From contig JARYME010000002.1 in assembly GCA_029907315.1 (NCBI GenBank), forward strand, positions 1,581 to 65,580: a stretch of 64,000 bases of DNA. The letters run 5' to 3'. Positions within the stretch are counted from its first letter, which is position 1, and each line of letters begins with the position of its first letter. Shown piece by piece: positions 49,041 to 58,805 of this stretch. The notes below the pieces were generated by a model that worked only from the letters and a program-made list of their open reading frames with translations, was not told the DNA's origin and did not search any database. This DNA comes from Armatimonadota bacterium (lineage in GTDB: Bacteria; Armatimonadota; UBA5829). The position numbers and the translations under genes were made by a program.

Positions 49041-51512
49041 TCATCTGGTGACCTCAATACAGGCGTGTCTTTTGGGTAGCAGGGCTGAATCCGGAATCGC
49101 TGTCAGCGTCTGACCGAACCAATCGATAGCTTTGTGTTCGACCGGTTCGCCGTCTAGGAATAGGCTGTATTCGTCCTGGTTAGTTTGCCTGTACTTGACA
49201 TCCAGTTTGGAGCGTAGGTAATAAAAACTCGTTGAGCACTCCGACCAATTTGTCGGCAAACAAGGATCAAAGGCGATACAATCGAACAATGGCTTAATGC
49301 CGAACAGAGCGTCGTAGACGTTTCGGAGCGCAGTCGATATCGAGCCAGTCAAGAATGGGTCCCCTCCGCGTCCTTCGAGTCCAGGCGCAGTCTTCCAGTG
49401 GTTTACGACGGCGTAGGGTGGTGTTTTTGCGCGCTTCACTGGATGGCAAGTTTGATCGTAAGGCAGCATGTATCGCAGCACCTCAAATAGCAGGTCACCG
49501 CGCTTAGCGCACGCCGCCGCTCGTCCGAGAAAGCCGTGACACCCGTGGTTGTAGGGAGTGCCGTTTTCTCCGAGTCCGGGCAGCAAGTCTCCTTGCCCGA
49601 TTCTTCCGAGCTTTTCTATCGGCGGATCTCCGATCGGCGGAGTAAACAGTGGCCAGCCGTCTTGCTGCTTGAGCTCAGCGAGTATCTCGATAACCCTTCG
49701 GCATGACTCGCCGGTCAAGACTCCGCTTATAATGCCCCAAGCATTAACTGGGATGCTGATCCGGCGTCTGCCATCCGGGTCTGACGGCGAAAACACCCAC
49801 TCGCGTTTGTCGGTAAATACGCCGTTGAGGTATCCTTCATCGTTAAGTGCGTGCCTGAGAATACTGGACGTGAGATGTTGTGCTTGGCGACGGAGCTCTT
49901 TTACGAGATCAGTGTGTTCATCGAGCCATTCCAAAAGATAAGCAGCTTGCTTGAGCAAAAGCACTACCTGACACGACAGCATTACCGATTCGCCGCGGCC
50001 CTCCAGTCCCGCACGGTTGATCGAGTCATTCCAGTCTCCCTCGCGTATTTTGCACAGTCCGTGCTCGCCCAAGTTCTTTCTTGCTGTGTAGAATTCGGCG
50101 ATGCGGAGGGCATGGTCCAGAACAGTTTCCTTCTTTGTACTGTCAAGAAACGGAACCTTCAGCTTGAGCAGCTTGAAGTCCTTAGTCCAGCGTAAGTAGT
50201 CGAAGAGGAGCTCCCAAACCCATGCGCCGGCGTCTACATAAAAGCGCAGGTCATGTGTGCCACGGGGTCCCATTATCGAGTATTGTCGAGGAAACCATCC
50301 ATCGTATCGCTGCACGCAGAACAGTTCGCATATGCGTGATCGTGCTTCATCTGGGTTGATCGGTATCAGAGCTGTGGTGTCCTGCGCCGAATCTCTTGTC
50401 CCGCGCATGCCTGTAGGCCAGCCGCGGTCCAGTATGTTTACCCAACGAAGCTGGAGCGGCAGCCACTCGTTTACGTACCGCGAGAACGCTGCGTCGGGCG
50501 AAGCTATTCTCCTTGCTTCTATCGACGCCCGTATAGAGGATGCATATGATTCCCTTGCGTGTTGCCGAGCACTGCTGTCCAAATACCTCCGTAAGCGCTC
50601 GACCTGCGTCCGCGTCGGCTTCTTTCCTTCCGTGAAACCTGCCGTTGTTCCTATCGCCAGGGACAATTCAAATGATTCTCCCGGTTCGAGGCTCAGGGTC
50701 TTGGATATGGCTGCGACACACGGCACCCCTTGACAGGCGTTTTTAGCGGTGCGTTCCCCGAATCGAAACAACTCTCGCGCGGGTACGGTCATGGTAAATT
50801 CTGGATGCTCAAAGGACCCGTTGCCTATGAATCGAGCGTAATCGACCTCTGCGGAATCGGGCTCATTTATGTCTACCAAGACGAAACCGTATTTGCGCTC
50901 TTCGGGTATACCGGCCGGACTCCGGAGTTCCATTTCGAAAAGCGGTCCAATATCATTTGAGTACGCTACTGTTTGGTAAAGGCTTGGAACGTCCCAAGGT
51001 GCAAGCGACGCGGCAGCGAAGTGCGGCCGGATCAGTGGGATGATTTCGATCGTTCGCTTGCGGATGTCGTTGTTTGATACCCTGCACGCGAGTATGACCA
51101 CGGGATCGTTTAGTGCGACGATCAATTCACTGTCTACTGCGAGACCCTCGTGTGCGACGTGATAGGTCGCGCTTGAGATGTCATACTCGCAGTGAAACTC
51201 ACCCGGTTCGCGTGTGGCATCGAAGTTGATTACTGGATTCCAGAAGTTGGTAAACGCTTTGCCGTTTTCCGTGCGGATCCACACCAGTAACGAAGGATGT
51301 TTTTGATACCTTTCCCGCCGAATTAGCACTGTTCCGGTCGGAGGCGTGAATTGAACGTAGTCTGGCCCGCGCTGATCAACTCTTAGAAGGATTTCTCGCG
51401 TGGCATAGATGTAGCCCCACGGTTCCTCCAAATGGTAGCGATTGATGCGGAACCCGCACTCTGAGTCGGTGAAACTGCCTAGTCCGCAGAGGTCAATATC
51501 TGAGAGTTTCAC
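49041..51512 (-). CDS. GH94-like glycoside phosphorylase (cellobiose/chitobiose phosphorylase-like)
   Basis: About 820 aa after start correction. GDWNDS and NGTPYNHG motifs are typical of the (alpha/alpha)6-barrel GH94 fold. The annotated 923-aa ORF start (51812) overlaps the opposite-strand gene. The GTG at 51512 is a tentative start with a weak RBS. Confidence 0.45.
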   Translation of the reverse strand: MKLSDIDLCGLGSFTDSECGFRINRYHLEEPWGYIYATREILLRVDQRGPDYVQFTPPTGTVLIRRERYQKHPSLLVWIRTENGKAFTNFWNPVINFDATREPGEFHCEYDISSATYHVAHEGLAVDSELIVALNDPVVILACRVSNNDIRKRTIEIIPLIRPHFAAASLAPWDVPSLYQTVAYSNDIGPLFEMELRSPAGIPEERKYGFVLVDINEPDSAEVDYARFIGNGSFEHPEFTMTVPARELFRFGERTAKNACQGVPCVAAISKTLSLEPGESFELSLAIGTTAGFTEGKKPTRTQVERLRRYLDSSARQHARESYASSIRASIEARRIASPDAAFSRYVNEWLPLQLRWVNILDRGWPTGMRGTRDSAQDTTALIPINPDEARSRICELFCVQRYDGWFPRQYSIMGPRGTHDLRFYVDAGAWVWELLFDYLRWTKDFKLLKLKVPFLDSTKKETVLDHALRIAEFYTARKNLGEHGLCKIREGDWNDSINRAGLEGRGESVMLSCQVVLLLKQAAYLLEWLDEHTDLVKELRRQAQHLTSSILRHALNDEGYLNGVFTDKREWVFSPSDPDGRRRISIPVNAWGIISGVLTGESCRRVIEILAELKQQDGWPLFTPPIGDPPIEKLGRIGQGDLLPGLGENGTPYNHGCHGFLGRAAACAKRGDLLFEVLRYMLPYDQTCHPVKRAKTPPYAVVNHWKTAPGLEGRGGDPFLTGSISTALRNVYDALFGIKPLFDCIAFDPCLPTNWSECSTSFYYLRSKLDVKYRQTNQDEYSLFLDGEPVEHKAIDWFGQTLTAIPDSALLPKRHACIEVTR

Positions 51513-51554
51513 AACCGTTTTCTTATATCGGTTCCTTTGGCGTTCCTGCCTCAG

Positions 51555-51583
51555 ATGACGAGAAACTGCTTGCGTAGTATAAT
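51555..51583 (+). promoter_or_regulatory. promoter-like element (ATGACG-17-TATAAT) for the AsrB-like gene
   Basis: aTGACGagaaactgcttgcgtagTATAAT. The palindrome GTGAATCAC follows at 51599..51607. Confidence 0.35.
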
Positions 51584-51654
51584 ATGGATGCTCGCGCTGT
51601 GAATCACGCTGCGCGCACCGCACAAATATTGAACCTCTTAGATGGTGAAAGCAA

Positions 51655-52518
51655 ATGTCACAAAAAGCCGAAGTTGCTGGTGGGGTGCCCACACTTTTGC
51701 GCAACCCATACGAACCACAGCTTGCTACGATCGAGAAAATAATAGATGAGACCTGGGACACCAAGACGTTTCGCGCGGTGTTCATAGATGAGGAATTCCG
51801 AGAGAACTTCACCTACGAACCAGGCCAGTTCCAAATAGTAAGTGTTTTCGGAGTTGGCGAAGCGACATTTTGCCTAACTTCGACGCCGACGCGAAAAGGT
51901 TACGTAGAGTTTTCTGTAAAACGCGTAGGTAGCGTCACAACAGCCCTTCACGAAATGTATGAAGGCCAAATAGTAGGCATCCGAGCGCCGCTGGGTAATC
52001 ATTTCCCTTATGAACAGTGGAAAGGTAAGAATTTGGTCTTTGCAGGCGGCGGAATAGGAATGGCCCCGATGAGGTCCCTTCTAAACTTCTGCTTGGACAA
52101 CCGTTCGGACTATGGTGAGATCATCGTCATATACGGGGCTCGTACCCCGGATGATCTTTGCTACAAATACGAGTTCGACGAGTGGCGCCAAAAAGCGAGG
52201 CTATACCTTACAGTAGACCAAGCCGACGACAATTGGACAGACCACGTTGGGCACGTTCCTGGCTATCTCAAAGAGTTGGCACCGAGTGCAGAAAACGCCG
52301 TCGCTATCACTTGTGGGCCGCCTATAATGATCAAGTACATTCTGCCCGAGTTCAACAATCTCGGATTTTCAGACGAGCAGATCTACACCACGCTTGAAAT
52401 GAAGATGAAGTGCGGCATTGGTAAGTGTGGGCGGTGCAATATAGGAAGCAAACTCGTTTGCGTGGACGGCCCCGTTTTTAGCAACGCGCAGCTGAAGCAG
52501 CTGCCGCCCGAGTTCTGA
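51655..52518 (+). CDS. AsrB/HydG/NfnA-like FAD/NAD(P)-binding 2Fe-2S oxidoreductase (FlxA-like)
   Basis: Ferredoxin-NADP-reductase-like fold (GGIGMAPMRS). C-terminal MKCGIGKCGRCN 2Fe-2S motif. Size is 287 aa. Confidence 0.7.
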   Translation: MSQKAEVAGGVPTLLRNPYEPQLATIEKIIDETWDTKTFRAVFIDEEFRENFTYEPGQFQIVSVFGVGEATFCLTSTPTRKGYVEFSVKRVGSVTTALHEMYEGQIVGIRAPLGNHFPYEQWKGKNLVFAGGGIGMAPMRSLLNFCLDNRSDYGEIIVIYGARTPDDLCYKYEFDEWRQKARLYLTVDQADDNWTDHVGHVPGYLKELAPSAENAVAITCGPPIMIKYILPEFNNLGFSDEQIYTTLEMKMKCGIGKCGRCNIGSKLVCVDGPVFSNAQLKQLPPEF

Positions 52519-52676
52519 AATGTGCAGCAAGCTGTAAACAGGTGTCCTGCGCTTGAGTTACCAATCTTTTCGCACAGGGAATCTGGCCAAGATGTGTAGC
52601 GTCTTGATAAATAGCAAGCAGGAACAAAGAGCAAGGGATGCCGATACTCGGCAGCCCTAGGTTTGGGAGTTGGTGC

Positions 52677-53942
52677 ATGAGTAACCTTGAATTGGACCGC
52701 CGTGATTTTCTGAAGGGAGCCGTTGCTGGAGCAGTGCTTTTGCTGTCGGCTGACGTGCTGCAGGCTACTGAGTCTCAGAAGACGGACCAAAAACCGATTC
52801 CCGGTCCGCCTGTCGCAATAGGTGTGATAGGCTTGGGCACTTGGGGAAGACAGCTGGTGACAACTTTGGGCAAAATCCCGTCAGCCAAAGTGGCAGGCCT
52901 CTGCGACATTTACCAGCCGTACCTCGAGCGCGCCCAGAAGTCAGCGCCGGACGCGATGGCGGCAACGGATTACCGCAGGCTTCTTGACTCCAATGATATC
53001 GAAGCCGTTATCGTTGCCACCCCGTCTCATCTTCACAGACAAATAGTGTTGGACGCGATTTCGGCTGGAAAACATGTCTACTGCGAGGCACCTATTGCCG
53101 TAACTGTAGAAGAGGCGCGCGACATAGCCACCGCCGGCAAGAATTCCAAGGGCGTTTTTCAAGTCGGGCTTCAGGGCCGTTCGAATCTACTATACAAGCA
53201 TGTTGAGAAGTTCGTAGTGAGCGGTTGCCTTGGAAAACCCGCGCAGGCATATGCGCAATCGAACAAGCGCCAACAGGGCAGACGAATGGCCCCAGAGCCA
53301 GAGCGTGAAAAAGAGCTGAATTGGCGACTGTATCGAGCGACCTCAGCTGGTCTCATCGGCGAGCAGGGGATTCATGCGATAGACCTGGCGAACTGGTACA
53401 TGCGAGCGGTTCCATTGTCGGCCGTGGGGTTTGGCGCTATTACGTGTTGGGATGATGGGCGAGATGTTCCGGATACCGTTCAGTGCATTATCGAGTATCC
53501 GAACAACGTGCGCATGGTTTATATGGCCACAACTGCCAGCTCATTCAGCTCTGAATACTCATTGTTCCAGGGGAGCCAGTCCAGTCTGCTGCTGCGCGAG
53601 AACAGGGGGTGGATGATCAAAGAAGCGGATTCACCGTTGTTGGGTTGGGAAGTATACGCTCGCAAGGAAACTTGTTTTGACGAAACGGGCATATGTATGA
53701 TTGCCGACGCAACCAAAATCCTTGCAGAGGGCAAGGAGCCTGGGAAGGAAGGAAGCGTTGCACCGGAGAAAGAACCCCTGTACTGCGCGCTCGAAAACTT
53801 TACTCGCAGTATTCGAGAGAACTTGCCACCTGCGTGTGGCGCCGTCGAAGGCTATCAAGCTGCGGTTGCAGCGATAAAGGCTAATGAGGCCGTTCTGAGC
53901 GGCACCAAGGTAACGTTCGACAAGGAATGGTTCACAGTATAA
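52677..53942 (+). CDS. Tat-exported Gfo/Idh/MocA family oxidoreductase
   Basis: MSNLELDRRDFLKGAVAGAVLLL twin-arginine signal. Rossmann motif IGVIGLGTWG. Confidence 0.75.
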   Translation: MSNLELDRRDFLKGAVAGAVLLLSADVLQATESQKTDQKPIPGPPVAIGVIGLGTWGRQLVTTLGKIPSAKVAGLCDIYQPYLERAQKSAPDAMAATDYRRLLDSNDIEAVIVATPSHLHRQIVLDAISAGKHVYCEAPIAVTVEEARDIATAGKNSKGVFQVGLQGRSNLLYKHVEKFVVSGCLGKPAQAYAQSNKRQQGRRMAPEPEREKELNWRLYRATSAGLIGEQGIHAIDLANWYMRAVPLSAVGFGAITCWDDGRDVPDTVQCIIEYPNNVRMVYMATTASSFSSEYSLFQGSQSSLLLRENRGWMIKEADSPLLGWEVYARKETCFDETGICMIADATKILAEGKEPGKEGSVAPEKEPLYCALENFTRSIRENLPPACGAVEGYQAAVAAIKANEAVLSGTKVTFDKEWFTV

Positions 53943-53967
53943 TCGCACATTGCGGTGTTTGCATACT

Positions 53968-55308
53968 ATGAACCAACCAATTCCAAATAGCAAAGGGGAG
54001 GACGAATTGAAGCAAGAACGTGACAGCAAGGGCATGTCCCGAAGGGAGTTTATCAAGAAGGCCGGAACAACGGCAGCCGGTGTCGTTGCCGGCAGTATGT
54101 TGGGCAGCAAACTGTTTGCGCAAAGTGCTCCTGCGCCTGGTTCGGTGCTTGGTGCTAACGATAGGATCAACATAGGCTTCATCGGCGTTGGTGGGATGGG
54201 CTCTGGCCACGTAAGCATGGTCAAAAGCCTCTCCGAAGAACAAAATGTTCGTATAGTTGCTGTTTGCGACGTTTGGGAAAAGCGCCGTCGCCAAAACCAG
54301 GCTCGAGCTGAACTCAGGGATGACCAGGTATACAGCGACTACCGCAAGCTTTTGGAGAACAAGGATATCGATCTGGTAGTCATTGCTACGCCCGATCATT
54401 GGCATGCTCCTATTGCCATCGCCGCGATGGAAGCCGGTAAGCACGTTTACGTCGAGAAACCTATGTGCCGGTACATGGACGAAGCCCTGAAGATGTACGA
54501 AACGGCCAAGAGGACGAAGCGCTTGGTTCAAGTTGGTTCACAGGGCTGCACCGACGCCAAGTGGCATAAGGCCGGTGAACTTGTGCGTGCCGGAAAAATC
54601 GGCACTCTCCTTTCGGCACAGGGTAGCTATCGCAGAAACAATCCGAACGGGGAGTGGAACTACCCGATTGATCCAGATTTGACCGAGCAAACCTGCGACT
54701 GGAAAATGTGGCTTGGGAATGCGCCGAAGCGGCCGTTCAGCCCTGAACGGTTCTTCCGTTGGAGGAAGTATTGGGATTACGGCACAGGCATTATCGGTGA
54801 TCTTTGGCCTCACCGGCTGCATCCGCTGATGATAGCGATGAGTATAACCGATTTTCCTTACCGCGTGGCGTGCGTTGGGAAAGACATTTGCCATACGGAC
54901 CAGGGTCACGCGGAACCAAGGGATGTGGCTGACGAGACCCAGATGCTCGCGGAGTTTCCCAGCGGTGCCATAATCTATCTGGCCGGCTCGACGGTCAACG
55001 AACTGGGCTTGGAAGATCTGATTCGCGGCAACAAAGCTACTATGTTCTTCGGCGGTGGCAAAATCCAGATTCGCCCGGAACGACCGTATGCAGACGAAAT
55101 CGAGCCTGAAGACATCACTTACGAAGGCCCCGGCGAAGATCAGCGAGAGCATCATAAGAACCTCTGGTACTGCATCCGCAACAACAAGGAGCCCAACTGC
55201 AACATCGACCTCGGCTTGCGCGTGCAAACCATCGTGTGTATGGCGGAGATTTCCTACCGCAAAAACAAGATGGCTATTTGGGATCCGGTCAAGAAGCGGA
55301 TAGTATAG
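53968..55308 (+). CDS. Tat-exported Gfo/Idh/MocA family oxidoreductase (second copy)
   Basis: GMSRREFIKKAGTTAAGVVAG Tat signal and IGFIGVGGMG. The start could be ATG 53968 or ATG 54034. Confidence 0.75.
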   Translation: MNQPIPNSKGEDELKQERDSKGMSRREFIKKAGTTAAGVVAGSMLGSKLFAQSAPAPGSVLGANDRINIGFIGVGGMGSGHVSMVKSLSEEQNVRIVAVCDVWEKRRRQNQARAELRDDQVYSDYRKLLENKDIDLVVIATPDHWHAPIAIAAMEAGKHVYVEKPMCRYMDEALKMYETAKRTKRLVQVGSQGCTDAKWHKAGELVRAGKIGTLLSAQGSYRRNNPNGEWNYPIDPDLTEQTCDWKMWLGNAPKRPFSPERFFRWRKYWDYGTGIIGDLWPHRLHPLMIAMSITDFPYRVACVGKDICHTDQGHAEPRDVADETQMLAEFPSGAIIYLAGSTVNELGLEDLIRGNKATMFFGGGKIQIRPERPYADEIEPEDITYEGPGEDQREHHKNLWYCIRNNKEPNCNIDLGLRVQTIVCMAEISYRKNKMAIWDPVKKRIV

Positions 55309-55339
55309 ACTCCGTCTTTCTGACTTTCTGAGAAGTCGG

Positions 55340-55382
55340 CAGCTGTCAGTGTCTGGTACATTGGATGAGACACTGACAGCTG
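55340..55382 (+). terminator. 15-bp perfect hairpin (terminator-like) after the Gfo/Idh/MocA pair
   Basis: CAGCTGTCAGTGTCT-13 nt loop-AGACACTGACAGCTG followed by TTATCC. Confidence 0.5.
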
Positions 55383-55465
55383 TTATCCTAACGGGTTCAC
55401 AAAAACGGTTCTTGGTGCTTTACGCGTTGGTTTCCGCAAACGTTGTCAAACTCTCCACTGTTGCA

Positions 55466-56314
55466 ATGGCGTGTCGCTTTGAGCTTGTGCTCGAGGGCGA
55501 TGAACCTATTCGTCTTCGTTCTGCGGGCGAAGAAGCGCTGAGTGAGATTGAGAGGCTGGACGCTCAGCTCAGCCGGTTCAGGCCAGGCAGCGACATTAGT
55601 TGGATTAATGCCCATGCATCTGCGGGTCCGGTAAAAGTTGAGCCGCTGTTGTTCGGACTGCTTGAGTTAGCGTGCAAGCTGTCGAATGCGACTGACCGTG
55701 CCTTTGACATCACTGTCGGTTCGCTAATGAGGCTCTGGGGGTTCGGAGAGAGCAACTACAACGTGCCTAGTGCTCTCGAAATCGCCGAGACTTGTAGGCT
55801 TGTTGGCGTCGAGCACATCATATTGGACAGCCGAACCCATACGGTACGATTTGATTTGCCGGGAGTAGAGATTGATCTCGGAGCGATAGGAAAGGGCTAC
55901 GCGGTAGATCGCGCGGTGGAGCTTTTGCGCTCCGCCGGGATTAGACGCGCGCTGCTACACGGTGGAACAAGCACTGCGTTTGCTTTGGGGGAATGGAAGG
56001 TAGGTATAGCCAAGGCACGCGCTGCGAATGATGATGAGGATGTGGTCGAGTCAATCGTGCTTCGCGATTGTGCTCTTTCAGTTTCTGCACCGCACGGAAG
56101 ATTGTTCGAGTCGGAAGGGCATCGCTACGGGCATGTCATCGACCCCAGGACCGGGATGCCTGTCGCTCATACTGGTTTGGCGGCCGTATGGGGTCCGTCG
56201 GCGACTTACTGTGACGTACTTTCTACGGCCCTTCTGATATTGGGTAACGATTGGATATCGCAAATGAAGTCCAGGTTTCCGGGCTATGACGGATTGACCG
56301 TTCCTCCTGGGTAG
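55466..56314 (+). CDS. FAD:protein FMN transferase (ApbE family)
   Basis: SEIERLDAQLSRFRPGSDISWIN and DLGAIGKGYAVD are ApbE signatures. Start moved to ATG 55466 because the longer ORF start lies inside the hairpin. Confidence 0.7.
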   Translation: MACRFELVLEGDEPIRLRSAGEEALSEIERLDAQLSRFRPGSDISWINAHASAGPVKVEPLLFGLLELACKLSNATDRAFDITVGSLMRLWGFGESNYNVPSALEIAETCRLVGVEHIILDSRTHTVRFDLPGVEIDLGAIGKGYAVDRAVELLRSAGIRRALLHGGTSTAFALGEWKVGIAKARAANDDEDVVESIVLRDCALSVSAPHGRLFESEGHRYGHVIDPRTGMPVAHTGLAAVWGPSATYCDVLSTALLILGNDWISQMKSRFPGYDGLTVPPG

Positions 56315-56322
56315 AATTACTA

Positions 56323-56351
56323 TTGACCGGAACGGAATCGTACGATAATCT
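56323..56351 (+). promoter_or_regulatory. sigma70-like promoter (TTGACC-17-TAATCT)
   Basis: TTGACCggaacggaatcgtacgaTAATCT lies about 50 nt upstream of pseudopilin paralog 3. Confidence 0.4.
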
Positions 56352-56398
56352 ACAAACAAAGGACAAACCGAGGTCCTTTGGTGGGGGTGGTGTAAAAA

Positions 56399-57136
56399 AT
56401 GAGAAAGGTTGCAGGCGGGGGTTTTACGCTTATAGAGCTGCTTGTCGTGATCGCCATAATAGCAATTTTGGCGGCTATTCTGTTTCCGATATTTGCCACA
56501 GCCAAAGCGACGGCAAACAGGGCGACCTGCACTTCCAACATAGGGCAGCTCAGCAAGGCTATGTTGGCATACGCAACCGACTACCAAGGGCGGATTCCGG
56601 ACTGGGTATCGGTTACGGACAGGAAAATATGGGATGAGGCAATTTACAAGTGGGTGAAGAACACGAAGGTTTTCACTTGTCCTGTCAACCGTCTGGACAG
56701 TACTGGCAAGCCTTGGCCCAGCAACGTTATAGTTCGCTCCTACTGTCTACCGAAGAATGTGGCCAGACAGATTGTCGAGCAAGCACCCAAGCCTTCTGCG
56801 ACAGTTCTACTTTTCGAAAAAGGTTCGCAGCCTCTGTTTACCTATGCGGATTCTACGGGTGAGTGGTTCGATCAAACTTACGGCTACTCACGCGACCCTT
56901 CGCACAAGTTTTGGCATGCCAATGGGAAGAACTTCGCTTTCTGCGACGGCCATGCTGCATATTTCAAGTACCCCGAGGGTCCATTCAGCTACAATTTCCC
57001 GAATTTCACCGCATGGTCAACTCCCGCTTACCCCAACAATCCTGGAGGTAAAGGGTACTGCGGCTATGCCGATACCACGGGTGCGGGCGAACCGTCAGGT
57101 TGCAAGCGTCTCGGGGGTGCCAATCTGCCGAGGTAG
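56399..57136 (+). CDS. prepilin-type N-terminal cleavage/methylation domain protein (pseudopilin-like, paralog 3)
   Basis: [26 protein letters not shown]; C-terminal FCDGHAAYF. Confidence 0.8.
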   Translation: MRKVAGGGFTLIELLVVIAIIAILAAILFPIFATAKATANRATCTSNIGQLSKAMLAYATDYQGRIPDWVSVTDRKIWDEAIYKWVKNTKVFTCPVNRLDSTGKPWPSNVIVRSYCLPKNVARQIVEQAPKPSATVLLFEKGSQPLFTYADSTGEWFDQTYGYSRDPSHKFWHANGKNFAFCDGHAAYFKYPEGPFSYNFPNFTAWSTPAYPNNPGGKGYCGYADTTGAGEPSGCKRLGGANLPR

Positions 57137-57185
57137 TTTGTGGAGAGCGCAACAGGCTCACTTATTTTCGGAATGCGGCTAAACC

Positions 57186-58436
57186 TTAGGGGCCGACCGT
57201 ACCAGATGTATTGTTGTCTGGCTTTACCAGTGCTCCCAATAGAAGCGCAGACACCAGTGACGTGACGGCCCCGTAATAGAACGGCGCGGGCGGTCCGAAA
57301 TGTTTCCACAGCAAACCCGCAATCACACTCGCGGGTAAAAGTGCTAAGCCTGTGAAAGTGAAATATGCTCCTACTGCTGTTCCTCGCAAGTGGGCAGGTG
57401 CAAGGTCAATAGCAAGTGCTCTCAGCATGCCCTCCGTCAAGCCGTAGTAGACGCCGTACAGCAGGAACAATACCCATACGTTCAGCTGCGAGTTTGCCCT
57501 TGCCATGCCCAGATATACTAAGGCGAAAACAAGCCAGCCGGCGACTACGACAGGTTTTCGCCCAATCTTGTCCGATATTAAACCGCTTCGAAGTGCGACG
57601 AGGGCAGACACGGCGTTGAACACTACGTACACCCATAAGAATGAAACCATTTCCATTTTGATGGGGGCTCCGGTAGCGCGAAGGACCAGAAATGCGTCGC
57701 TCGAGTTCCCGATGGAAAACAACGTAACAATTCCTAGGAACAGTCGGAACCGCCGGTCCAATTCCAATGCACTGATGCGTATCTCAGGTTTGTTTGCTTG
57801 AGATAGGGGTCTCTCCTTCTCGCGGACGAACAGCACCAGCACCAGCCAGCTCAACACTGCCGGCAATGCAGCTGCGGCGAAGATCAGGTTATATAGTGCC
57901 CTGTGTTCTCGACCGGGCTCGACCAAGAACCGCTGCCCGAAGAACGTCAAGACAAGCACCGCAACCACCAATGGCCCAAGCATTGCCCCTGCCGTGTCCA
58001 TAGCTCTGTGCAGTCCGAATGCCCTTCCGCGCTCTGAGTCGGCAGTGGAATCAGCAATAAGCACGTCTCTGGGAGCACTGCGGATACCCTTTCCGAATCT
58101 GTCCGCAAACCGGATCGCCAAGACGTGTCCCCACGAACTCGCAGCTGCAAAGAAAGGCTTGGATATGGCAGACAAACCGTAGCCGATGACAGCCAGGAGT
58201 TTGGGTCTACCGAACTTATCGGCGGCGTACCCGGCCCAGACGCGTAGCAAAGCTGCTGTGCTTTCGGCGATTCCTTCGATAAGGCCTATGATGGGAGTGG
58301 TGGCACCTATAGCGAACTTCAGGAACTGAGGAACAATTGGCACCAGCATCTCGCTGGAAACGTCCTGAAGGAGACTTACTATGCCAAGAATAAAAACCGT
58401 CCTGCTGACTCCAGCGATCTTGCGTTCTTCTTGCAC
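57186..58436 (-). CDS. MFS transporter
   Basis: About 12 predicted TM segments. Motif GYAADKFGRP (G-x3-D-R/K-x-G-R). AGGAGG RBS. Confidence 0.8.
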   Translation of the reverse strand: MQEERKIAGVSRTVFILGIVSLLQDVSSEMLVPIVPQFLKFAIGATTPIIGLIEGIAESTAALLRVWAGYAADKFGRPKLLAVIGYGLSAISKPFFAAASSWGHVLAIRFADRFGKGIRSAPRDVLIADSTADSERGRAFGLHRAMDTAGAMLGPLVVAVLVLTFFGQRFLVEPGREHRALYNLIFAAAALPAVLSWLVLVLFVREKERPLSQANKPEIRISALELDRRFRLFLGIVTLFSIGNSSDAFLVLRATGAPIKMEMVSFLWVYVVFNAVSALVALRSGLISDKIGRKPVVVAGWLVFALVYLGMARANSQLNVWVLFLLYGVYYGLTEGMLRALAIDLAPAHLRGTAVGAYFTFTGLALLPASVIAGLLWKHFGPPAPFYYGAVTSLVSALLLGALVKPDNNTSGTVGP

Positions 58437-58805
58437 CTAGCATGCCTCCTGTGCATTCTTTTGTGCTTGCCGCCCGTTGGTTCTTCTGTTTTGGCCGATG
58501 CCGGTTAATCCGTGCTGGCCGAAACCCGGATTGGACTTGGCCTCCGTCGCTCAAAATTCCTTTACGCTACTGCAAGAGATAATCCTCGCTCTCAGCACGT
58601 TACGAAATTTAATATATCCACCTCTTTTCTGCCGTTACCACAAGTGCGGACAGCTTTGGGATGAGGGGTTGGCTCGTTTTAAACCTAATGCATTCCCTGG
58701 CAGGCAAAAACGGTTCCAAAGCCGCATAGCCTTTGTTGTGCCGTTCAAGGTTCTAGAGAATTTGTTGGTGCCATCTAGAGCGAACACTGCTGGTCGAGGC
58801 TCGCG

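Noticed and set aside
51513-51812. N-terminal 100 aa of the 923-aa minus-strand ORF
   Set aside because: It overlaps the genuine start of the AsrB-like gene on the opposite strand and has low-complexity composition. It is probably an upstream read-through of the true GH94-like start.
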